Shown one piece after another: positions 49,412 through 61,172 of a stretch of DNA of 64,000 nucleotides (positions are counted from its first letter, which is position 1; the number at the start of each line of letters is the position of its first letter). A model generated the notes under the pieces. The model saw nothing but the letters and a program-made list of their open reading frames with translations, did no database searches and was not told the DNA's origin. The stretch is from Yuukianura sp. NJ FZ-2021 (taxonomy: Eukaryota). Where the stretch lies: contig CM102288.1 in the NCBI GenBank assembly GCA_046563655.1, positions 5,270,001 through 5,334,000 of the forward strand. Direction: 5' to 3'. The position numbers were made by a program, and so were the translations under genes.

Positions 49412-52400
49412 ATGGCTGCCCTCATTCCATTGGTTCAATTTTTCAGTTTCATTTCCCGCTCACTTTTCCAACTTCTTTTGTCCTCTGAGTTTGTTACCAA
49501 AATTTTTGAAATAGTTTCAAAAACTGAAATTTTCCCTCCAGTCTAAAAACAGGAGTGAAAAGAACACTAATGATTCCAAATTTGGAGTTAGAGGAGAGCG
49601 GAGAGGCGACGTCCTTTGTTGTCCTAGTTTTGAAACAATTTTTTGAAAAAGAGAAAGTTGAGGGAAACTTTCCGTTTTGAAAAATGTGCGGGAAAAAAGA
49701 ATTTGAAACCCTGGAGGCTGCCAAAACAAAAAGCAACTGGAAGTTCACATCGCAGTGGAGTTTTGCTGCCGGAGTAAAGTTGAATTTTGTTCAGCCACGA
49801 CAGAAATTATGATGATGAGGCGTCTCCCTTCACCTCCTCGTTCTTTTCCGCTATCCAGCTTCTAATGAAACTCAAAACTTCAAAAACATCATTTGAACTG
49901 ACGTTATGCAGGCTTTGAACAAAACACAAATAAACTTAGGAAAAACCGTGGAGATTTTTTGCTAATTTGCAATTTTTGGCAATTTCCTTCCACGCTTTTA
50001 GTAACAGAAAGTTCCACGCCTTGTTCCTACTTTCCCTTCAACCAAATTTGAATTTAATTCGAAATGGCTGTGAACTAATGTGAAATTTGGGACATGGAAC
50101 TAAGGAACAAGCTATAATAAAAAAAAAGTAACCAAGCAGGATTTGTACTCACGTCTATCTCTACCATGAAAGACACTTCAAGCCAGTGGGCTTGAATTTT
50201 TTTCACATAGGGGTCTTACGATTTGAAAATGACGCAAAATTGGTAAACTGGTATCTTTTTTTTTCTTTGAAATTTGGATGTTTGTGGAAGTTCTTTTGGG
50301 AATGTGAAATTTTAAATCCTTTAAATCCTTAAATTGGATCCTGAGCGTCTTCCCCGCTGTGCGAAGTTTCTCAGAAAGATCATGTTGGAGACGATACCTT
50401 TCCCGAAGGCCAAAAGGAAAAATAACCGGAAGACTGCAGTGGAAAGCTTGGCGCGAAAAGGATTCTCCGTTTTGAATTTAAGCTCAAAACGATCCAAATC
50501 TTATTTTTGATAGTTTTGGAGGAAAATTTGAAGCTTCAAAGCCTACCTTGTCAAACGAAGAGACAAAGGAAAAGGGATTTTCATTATTCAATTCAATTGG
50601 CTTCTCAAAAGTAATAGCTTCAAAAGCAATCTTTCAAAAATATAAACTGACAACTTTGAGCAATGACAATTACATCTAAAACGATTTTAACAACAAAATA
50701 TTTCATCAGACGAATTGTGTTTTAGGCGCAAAAAAAATTGTTTACCGGGAAAATATAACGGTTTTTGCCGTTAAAAAGAAGCTGTTTTGAAATGCTGCGT
50801 GATCAGTAAAAAAATGGACGGGAAATTTCTATGATCCGGGTCGTTGTATGCCTCTCGTATTACATTAATTTCCTCTTTAGTCGAAAGGAAAACAGGATAT
50901 TCACTTATTTATTTTTCTTCCGGCTCAACTTACACTTCCTTCCAACTACTTTCACCTTAAACCTAACCAATTTGAACCTTATTTTCAAAAATTCAATTTT
51001 TCTTGGTAAATCCTTCAATCCTTATTTCGAAATCGCCTTTTTTCGAAACTTGTCTACTCAAATTTAAATCTGAAAAGAACAAATAAAAAGGAAAAGGAAA
51101 TTGGATTTTGCCGACGGAGGATCATGTGTATAAGATGATCCTTTACTAATGGTGTGTTTATGTAAGTAGCATAAAATTATGTTTCGGCTCAACGGGCTAA
51201 ATTCCGACCTAACATAAACAACAAAAATAGTATAAAATAAAAAAATATATAGTATAACATAACTTCGTCGCCGTATCCTCCTAATCTGTCGTAGTATCAT
51301 AATGCCATTCTGAAACCTAACAAGCAATCAGATCGAAAAGTGCCAGGAAACGATATCGGTTTCACTTTCTTTTTTTTTTTCAAAAAAATATTAGATACGT
51401 GGAAATTCAGCGAAGTGAAAATAGTTGTATTGAAAGTGGCTCCTTTTTTGAAATTTTGTCTTAAAATAGATCTTCTTAGGGAGGGATTGGGAGATCAAGG
51501 ACTTTTCTAGCCAATACCTTCCAGGGGAATACTGGACTTCCAAATTGGATTTGGACTCGAACTTACCTTCAGTGAGTCTAACAACGTCCAATTTGCTTGT
51601 CGTCTCTAGCCACTTCCACTTTCACTTTTTTCATACCAAGCCTAACAAAATCTAACGTAAAAAAACAAGAAAAAGTGATATGCCTTTACACCGAAAACCT
51701 CTTGGATTTGAATTGAATTTGAATAACGAGGGTAAAAGTCGGCATGATCTTCTCCCTGCGAAAAAATTCAAATTCAAACTTTCGTTCCTGCTCTCGGCAG
51801 ATCCAGAATCACATAAAACATAAATTTTATAACATCATGCACTCACACCCTCCGCGCTCTCTTGTTTTGTTCAAACGGGTCATTTTTCAAACGACTTTTG
51901 ATTTTCACAAAAGTTTAGGTTAGGTGATGTTCTGAGAGAGAAAATGTCTGACCTTTCCATTTTCCAAAATTGACCTCTCGAACAAAAGCACTAAACTAAA
52001 GAAAAGTGTCAACGATTCAGGAACCAGTCACGGACAGAGCGGCTAAATTTGAACTTTGGTGGACCAGAAAAGAGCGGAAGTTTGGATCCAACATAAACAT
52101 GTCCATTATACATTACCATAAATTACTCCTACACGATGCCTCGAAACCTGGGGCAAGCTTTCAAACCAACAACTTTCTCCGAAAGGCACAATGCACAAAC
52201 GGAGCCAAAAAAAATTTTTCGAAAAAAAAATTCCTAAAAACATGGAACTGAGTCAGACTTTTTCCTTAATGGAAAACCTACTCCAGCAGCACCAAACTTT
52301 TCCTGAATTTCATTTCAATTTTCTTTGTCCTTATCTGTTCCACGGCAGACGAAAAAGTGAAGAAGAGAGAAAAAAGCGGGAAAAAAAACTTGAAAAAAAC

Positions 52401-52967
52401 GCAAGGCGCGCCGTCGTTTGAGAAAGCAGTAAAGTGCAGATTTTGAAACACGGCGAGTTTGAGGCACCGCTGGAATGTTACAGAATGTTTACAAACGTCG
52501 AGATTTCTAAAACTGCGGTATTTTATGCACATAAAAAAGAGCGGAGGGAGTAACTTATACTAAAAATGAGTAATTTTTCCTCTGCACAGCCATACGGAGT
52601 CATTAAGCATACTTAAAGTGGGAGAGAAATTAAAGACTTTCACTTTTGTAGAAAGTGGATTTGTGCAAATGAAGAAAAAGATGGGGAGGTCATCAACTAA
52701 TTTTTTAAATTACTTTCTCCCGAGCACGCAATTTTCCGGTTTCTGCTACTGAAATGGGAGTTACAGACCATTGTAAATCATTTCCTTCCTTCCTACTAGT
52801 ACTACTTCTGCTTTTGCATATTCCCAAATTACCGTTAATTGCACTCTCAGCTTTCCGTAAATCATCAACTTTTTTCTCAGAATTCCAAAACTAAAAATTT
52901 TTTAAACTAAATCTTCACTTTATGAATCTCTGAAGGAACATTAAAGTTGCAAAAGCTGAAAATTTCA

Positions 52968-53067
52968 NNNNNNNNNNNNNNNNNNNNNNNNNNNNNNNNN
53001 NNNNNNNNNNNNNNNNNNNNNNNNNNNNNNNNNNNNNNNNNNNNNNNNNNNNNNNNNNNNNNNNNNN
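52968..53067. other. Assembly gap (100 N)
   Basis: Run of exactly 100 N, typical of a gap of unknown size. Confidence 0.99.
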
Positions 53068-53612
53068 GTGCCAATTCAGACAAAGAAGGAAAGAAAAGTC
53101 TAAAGAGAGCCAAGTCCTGTGCTGGAGTGACCCCACGAGGAATAGCCGCTGCAAAGGTCAACACAAAAGACTGGGTTCAACAAGTCATTGCTCAAAAATT
53201 TCCAGGCGCGCCATTACCCCAAACCTCCAAAATTTCTGAAACGAATGCCCAGGAAGAACAAATCGGTGAAATTTTAGAAAATCGTGAACTGACTGACCCG
53301 TCCGCTAAAACTCAAGTTGTTTCAGAAACTATTGAAGCGATTAAAAGCGACGTCACTGATGGCGTCATGAGCGACAGCGATGACATACTTCTGGACCGAG
53401 TCGCAGAACGTGTATTTTATTGTGCCCAGACAGAAGATAATATAGAAAATGAAACTGAACCTGAAGTTAACGCTGAATTGAATGGCAACCCGCCCATAAA
53501 GATTCAAGAAAACCCGCCCAATGAATTTGATGAAAAAGATGAAGATTTGCTGGAATTTTTGGACCCTGCGGATCTTGACGACCTCGAAGCCTGGGCTGGA
53601 AAATACCTTTAG
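53068..53612 (+). CDS. Last exon of MICAL-like copy (5' part lost in gap)
   Basis: Near-identical to 4515-5060, open to stop after ...EAWAGKYL. Confidence 0.6.
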
Positions 53613-54466
53613 AACTAAATTTATAAAACAAGTTTCATTTTGTTAAGTTTCAAATATTCAAAATTTTCAGTTTTTAAGTTCCTTTTTCTCCAAACGAAGA
53701 AGTGTTGTACTAGCAATAGTTCATACCGAGATTTTTTTCTCAAAAAGTTAAAGGCTAAGCAAACCATATTAAAAACTGAAAAAAAATTTCTAAAGTTCAC
53801 TCACAATGCAATCTTGCATCAACCGCGTATTGTTTCATGGGGGCAGCATGCCAATGCTACGAATGAAATGCTCCGAGTTTTCGCGAAACCAATTTCTTCG
53901 AAAAGTAAATTGCTCCGAAGTTATAAAAACGTACATTAGTGTCATTAGCGTTAAATAGGTTAGGCTTTTTTAGGCTAACAATGATGAGATTACCCTTGTA
54001 GTGATACTACAAGGTCGGATTAGATAAGCATGTATAACTATTTTTGGAACAATCTGGCCATCCATGCAGTTAACATTTCTGAGCAATTGGTTTCGGAGCA
54101 ATTTATTCGAAGCAATGCGGTTCGGAGCAACGGCATAAAACCAATTTTGTTATTGAATTGAAACAAATTTGACTTATCATGCCCCAACTCATCTTCGCTA
54201 CTTAACGCAATAAGTACTGACACAAAAAGTCAATGTCATTTTAATAAAAAATGACACTGAAACGACAAGTCTTATTTGAAGTGTTGCTTTTACGCAACCA
54301 AAATTTCAAGGTTAAATTCCTTACACCTACGAAAAAAGAGTAAGTACTACTTAATTGAGTTTTGGATTAGATAGCAGATTTAGTTTCTGTTCGACTTTGT
54401 ACAGAAGTACACCTGCTATTTTTAAGTGCGAACTTAAATTTGTTCTATTTTCATAGTTTTGACAAA

Positions 54467-56307
54467 ATGTTTTGGCTACTTTTTGTCGTTTTTGCCATTT
54501 TATTGGTCGTTTGGTTTGGAATTCAAGAATACTTTAAAAGGAATTACAGTTACTGGGATGCAAGAAATGTTAGATTTGTTGATATCCGAAAATTTTATTC
54601 TATTTTTGACGGAATCCTGCTCAAATACACAATTAGCGAAAGCGAACTAAAGACGTACAATGCAGTAAAAAATGCAGGAATCAATACGTTTTGCGGATTA
54701 GTCGAATTTGGAACTCCCGAATTTTACGTCGTTGACCCAGAGCTTATCAAAACTATTTTGGTAAAATTTCATGTTTCACATTGAAAAATACTGAAGAATA
54801 TATAAATTCATACATAAATTTATGCATTGTTTATAATCTTTGCTTGAAGATCAAGGACTTTGATAGTTTTGTGGACCGAAGAGTTGTGGTTACTGGAAAC
54901 AGTGACATTTTTGGTAAAATGCTGGCAAATATGAAAGGTCAAGCTTGGAAAGACATGCGCTCTACAATGAGTCCCACATTTAGTACAGGAAAAATTCGTC
55001 GAATGTATTCCGTTTTCAATGACTCTTCTGAAAAACTAGCAGATTTTCTACGAAAACAACCTTCTGAAAACGGAGAATTTGAACTACAGGCCGTTTTTAC
55101 ACGGTACACAATGGACGTTATTTCTTCTGCTGCTTTCGGACTCGATTCACAAAGCTTCCAAAATTTAGACTCAGCTTTTTCCAAGTACACGAATCGATTT
55201 CAAAACCAATTTTCTGGAATTGGAGGCTTCAAACTTCTCGTTGCATTTTTCTCTCCCAAAATTCTTGAGTTTTTCAAAATCTCGCTGTTGGATAAAGAGG
55301 CTGCTGATTTTTTTGCAAATGTCGTCAAAAGGACAATTGCACATCGTGATGCCACTGGAGAAAAACGTCAAGATTTTTTGCAACTGATGATGGAAGCGCG
55401 CCAAAATTCGATTGAACCTGTCGCTCTTGATGAAATGAGCACATTTGAAAAAGACGCCCAAATTCAAAATTTTTCCAAAGTTCAACTCACTGAGGATTTG
55501 ATTTTGGCGCAAAGTTTGCTCTTTTTCCTTGGCGGATTTGATCCAATTGAAACGATGCTTCGGCTTGCAGCGTATGAATTGGCACTTAACCAGGACGTAC
55601 AAGACAAGCTTTTTGAAGAGCTGAAGGGGGCGTATGAGAGAAACAACGGACAGTTGACCTATGACCTCATCATGCAATTGGAATATTTGGAGAAGGTCAC
55701 ATCAGAAACACTCAGGAAATGGCCGCCGGGCATCCGCTTGGAACGCAAAAGTACGAAATCTTACAAAGTTCCCAACTCGGACGTCACAGTTGATCCGGAT
55801 ACACTGGTCGTTATTCCTGTCTACGGAATACACATGGACGAACGTATGAATTCGAATTTATATTTGATAGAAATAATTTGTTTTTATTATTTAAATTTAA
55901 TTAATTTCACTTTATTTATTTTTTAGGGTACTATCCACAGCCGGAAAAATTCGACCCAGAACGATTCAGCGCAGAAAATAAGGCAAAACGACACCCGTTT
56001 ACTTATTTGCCATTCGGTAATTTACACCATAGAGACACTATTCCATACAGTTTGATGGGTTTAAAAAAATTTGTGTGTTTTTTTTCTTAAAATTTCAAAT
56101 ATTGTTTTAGGTTCTGGTCCTCGCAACTGCATAGCTATGCGGTTTGCATTGGCCGAGGGGAAAGCTGCTTTAGCTCATTTGATTCTGAACTTTAAATTTG
56201 AACCTTGCGCAAAAACTGAAATTCCGCTAAAATTTAAAACGGCGTCACCAATGTCACCGTTCAAGCCGGTAAATGGCATGTGGCTTCGAGTTACACCAAG
56301 GACGTAA
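54467..56307 (+). CDS. Cytochrome P450 clan 3, counterpart of 5922-7770 (GGFDP)
   Basis: Exons 54467-54760, 54850-55843, 55927-56016, 56111-56307, intact. Confidence 0.95.
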
Positions 56308-56882
56308 CAATAGTGACATACAAAAAGAATATACCACAGAAAAGCATAAAGAATAAGCTTCAAAGTATTGCAAAATAAACGTATCAAGAAATTTCGAGCG
56401 ATTTCTTCCAAACGATTAATGTTGATGTCGAATTTTCTTTCCTTTTATTATAAAGTAAAGGTAGAACAAAAAATGCAGCAAACAAAAACAGCACTGTTGT
56501 ATCAACCGAGTTTATTTCTGGCATTGTATAAAACAAATTTCACTCAACCATTGTCATTTCTTAACTCATCATTGCTGTTAACCACATTATGCATAAGCAC
56601 AAAAAGTCAATGTCATTTCAACAAAAAATGAAACTGAAACGAAGAGTCTACTTGAACTGAAGTTGAAGTGGTGTTTTTTCATGAACAAAATTTCAAGGTC
56701 GAATTCGTTACACCTACTACAAAAGTGTTATTACTGGTACTAAATTGAATTTTCGATTAGATAACTATAGCTATTTGCCACTTATAGGTGGCGCAGAGAT
56801 TCAGTGCTTGCCCGACTCTGCACACGAGAAGAATTGAAATTTTACAAATTTAAATTGGTTCCAATTTCATAATTTAGACAAA

Positions 56883-58717
56883 ATGTTTTGGCCACTTTTT
56901 GTCGTTTTTGCCATTTTCTTTGCTGTTTGGTTTGGATTTCAAAAATACTTAAAAAGGAATTACGGCTACTGGGATTCAAGAAATGTGAGATTCTTTGATC
57001 TCCGAAAACTTTATTCTGCATTTGACGGAATCCTGCTTAGGTACACAATTGATCAAAGTGAACTCAAGACGTACAATGCAGTAAAAAATGAAGGAATCAA
57101 AACGTTTTGCGGATTGGTCGAATTTGGAGCTCCCGCATTTTACGTCGTTGATCCAGAACTAATGAAAACCATTATGGTAAAATTTTAAATTTTAAAAAAG
57201 TTTCAAATTTGAGGACAAAATTTATGTTCTTTTATTTTTAAACTTGAAGATCAAAGACTTTGATAGTTTTGTGGACCGAAGAATTTTCGCCACCGGAAAG
57301 ACAGACATTTTTGCCAAAATGGTATCAAATATGAAAGGTCAAGTTTGGAAAGACATGCGCGCTACAATGAGTCCAACATTTTCAACCGGAAAAATTCGTC
57401 GGATGTATTCCGTTTTCAATGACTCTTCTAACAAACTAGCGGATTTTCTTCGAAAACAAACTTCCAAAAACCAAGAGTTTGAACTTCGAGACGTCTTTAC
57501 CCGATACACAATGGACGTCATTTCTTCTGCTGCTTTTGGACTCGATGCTCAAAGTTTTCAAAATTCCGATTCAGATTTTTCCAAATACACGAAACGATTT
57601 CAAAATCAATTCTCTGGAATCGGAGCCTTCAAATTCCTGGTTGCATTTTTTTCACCAAAACTCCTAGAGTTTTTCAAAATTTCACTTATGGATAAAGAAG
57701 CTTCTGATTTTTTTGCAAATGTCGTCAAAAGGACAATTGCTCATCGCGAATCCACTGGAGAGAAACGTCAAGATTTTTTGCAACTGATGATGGAAGCGCG
57801 GCAAAATTCGGTTGAACCTGTCGCGGTTGAAGAAATGAGCACATTTGAAAAGGACGCCGAACTTCAAAATTCTTCCAAAATGCAACTGACTGAAGAGTTG
57901 ATTTTGGCGCAGAGTTTGCTTTTTTTTATTGGTGGATTCGATACAATTGAAACCTTGCTTCTGCTTGCAGCGTATGAATTGGCACTTAATCAGGACGTGC
58001 AAGACAAACTGTTTGACGAGCTGAATGTAGCATATGAGAGAAACAATGGACAGTTGACCTATGACGTTGTTATGCAATTGGAATATTTGGAGAAGGTCAC
58101 TTCCGAAACACTAAGAAAATGGCCGCCGGGCATTCGCTTGGAACGGAAAAGTACGAAATTTTACAAAGTTCCTAACTCAGAAGCGACAATTGACCCGGAT
58201 ACACTTGTTGTTCTTCCCATCTATGGAATCCATATGGATGAACGTATGGATTTGTATTTATTTTATAAAATAATTAGTTTATATACATATTCACCTAAAT
58301 CTAATTTGTGCTGTTATTTTTTGGTTAGGGTACTATCCCGATCCGGAAAAATTTGATCCCGAAAGATTCAACGCAGAGAATAAGGCCAAGCGACATCCAT
58401 TCACTTATTTGCCATTCGGTAAATTACACTAAAGAGTCCATTGCATACAGTTTGCATGGGTTTAAAAAAAACAATTATTATAAAATAACAATTATAGTTT
58501 TTTTCTAAAACATAAAATGACATTTTTAGGTGCTGGTCCGCGAAACTGTATAGCTATGCGGTTTGCACTGGCCGAGGGAAAAGCAGCTATTGCTCATTTG
58601 ATTTTGAACTTCAAATTGGAGCCTTCCGCAAAAACTGAGATTCCGCTTAAATTTAAGACAATGTCACCCTTCAAACCGGCTAATGGCTTGTGGCTTCGAG
58701 TTACACCAAGGAACTAA
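56883..58717 (+). CDS. Cytochrome P450 clan 3, counterpart of 8361-10193
   Basis: Exons 56883-57176, 57250-58243, 58329-58418, 58530-58717, intact. Confidence 0.95.
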
Positions 58718-59745
58718 TATTTGTGGAATACAATAGGATATTCCACAGTCGTTAACAATAAGCTCAAACATGCTGCAAAATGAAACGTGTCCATTAAATT
58801 CAAGATTCAAGAATCTTTGCCGCATAAGGCAATTAGACTTTTAATGTCCTTTTCATGTTAAAAAGCCAAATTGCGACAGAAGGAAATTAAAAAGTGCGAA
58901 GCAAGCAGAAGTTGCCAAGATTAAATTATTTCACGCATAATTAAATTAACGTAGAAAGTATTTGTACAAAAAATTTGGAAAAGTTTATACGTTTCTCTCA
59001 TTTCTCTGCACTACAAGAAAATCCAATGGAAAAAATTTCCATGCATTTTTTTCAGTGTGAACAAACCAAAATCCACTCTATGAATAGAAAATCCATCCAC
59101 ACCTTCTCTGGGATGATCCATCCAGAGAAAGTAAATCTGGTGTGTGAACTGTATTGCCGTCCAGTGGAACGAAAATCCATCCTGTGGTTCTGTGTGAACC
59201 CGCCTTAATGAACCGGTTTCACTTTTGAAAAATCATGCCCAAACTGAAAAACACAAGAGTTGAGTTATTGGACGACCTGTTGTAGAAAAACAATTTCTTT
59301 GTTTACGACCGCTGGTAGTGCTGATGTAATTGGCACAAGTAAATGTTACTTGCGTAATTCAACTGGTGTAATGACGCGGAAGCACCGTAACTGATGTATT
59401 TGCCCTTTATACAAATGACACTTATACACTAAAACTTTTATTATGCAAACTTTTAGTGCAATATATCATTTGGAAGTAATAAATATTAATTTACTTTGAC
59501 CTTGAAACGTGTGTTCGTTCTAGCTGCTTTTTACTCTTATTGAACAGGGACTATTTAAATAAATCTCCACTTAACTCGACCCAAATCAGTTCAAAATCTC
59601 CCTCTCCAGACTTTAGTTGACACATTTTGAAATTCCAATTTCAAAAAACCACACTTTCCATTAAATGTGCAACTGCTCGTCAAACACAAGTCTGGTGCCA
59701 TATTAATTCCTGCATACCGAAGCTTAAAAAAAACTAAAAAGAAAA

Positions 59746-60687
59746 ATGCATGTCGATTTTGCTTTAAGAATTTTCACACCATTGCTGTCGGTCTTACTTG
59801 CACATCAAGTTGAACTTTCTTTTGCACAGGTATAATTTACAATTTTTAGAATCTCAGTTCAAAAATTTCAAAAATTTGAAAATTCTTTTTCTAAAATTAG
59901 TTTCTAAAAAATTTTTCAGGCTCCCCTAATTCCTACTGAGCACATTGACTACATCTTCCTCCGTCTGTCGCACCTTCTAGATCAGACGCCACGTGAAATT
60001 TCAAAACTTCGCGCCCTCTTAAACGAAGAACTTGAAAGATCACCGGCATACAAAGAAGCTTGGACCGAAGGCACAGAAATTTTCAAATCCCGAAAATCGC
60101 AATTGGTCAACCGCAGAGACCTGTTTCGAGTGCCAGATGAGTACCACATTGCCCTCATCACTTATACTATTCACGACACACCAAAAGATTGGCCATTCTA
60201 CAGCGTCTTCAACTCAGCTACGCGCAAACTCGCTACGGGCACGGATGTTGAAAACTTCAAGTTCAAAAGTTTCTTCCAACTTCTGCATCTTGCAGTGGAA
60301 ACTTTAGGAAAAAAGAAAAAGTTTGCTCCAAAGTATGACAAACTGTTCCGAGGAGTGACGATTCGCTATGATTGGTTGTCTGATCAGGACGTTGCATTTC
60401 AGCAGTTCACTTCTCTGTCAGCGAATCGAACAGTCTCTGAATATTATTCTGGAGGAGTCACTTTGTTGGTTTTCAAAAATATGGAAAACATTGGAATTTC
60501 AATGGAGTACCATTCCAAATTCCCGGGAGAATCCGAGATTTTGGTGTCTCCTTTCCAAGTTTTTGAAGTTACCAAGGTTGTCCCGGGAGATGGAGAGAGT
60601 TTTGACATGTTTCAATTGGAACCAACAAATTCCAAATCGGGATTCAGGTATTTTTGTGACAAAAAGCCGCAAGACGACTATCTGTGA
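59746..60687 (+). CDS. Secreted ARTC-type ADP-ribosyltransferase, counterpart of 11221-12165
   Basis: Exons 59746-59829 and 59920-60687, R-S-EXE motifs intact. Confidence 0.85.
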
Positions 60688-61172
60688 CGTTAATTAGCCG
60701 AAGATGAACTAAATTTGTTAAATGTGTCAGTTATGTTTTGGGTAATGTTAAGAAAACGTTGAGTTATATTAAACTACTGTATAAATTTTGAAACTGAAAT
60801 AAATTATACTATAAAATTGTACTACTCATTGTGTCTTTGATGTTTTATATTTAAAAACTATTTGAAAATTTTATTTTAGGAGTTCATGTTAATTTTTAGT
60901 TTCGTGTTTGGCTGTCATTAACTGCAAGAGCAACTTAAAATTGGCGTGTTTTGTTAAGTCAAAGTCCGAGAGACGGAAGTGACTTTTTTTAAACTTACTC
61001 TTTTCTAAATTTTAGGACAAGGAGACACTTTGGTAAATTTGACACACTTCGGTGACCCTTCAGACATAAAAGCACTTGAATGAAAATCAAATGCGTCAGT
61101 CGTCATTTCATAATGCGTGTAAAGCCAACTTCAATTTTTAGTGTTCCTCGAAATTTAAAATTTCCAGCCAAA

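Noticed and set aside
54467..58717. Gene conversion between tandem CYPs in the second copy
   Set aside because: Shared sites can equally be explained by private mutations in the first copy; needs a formal alignment test.
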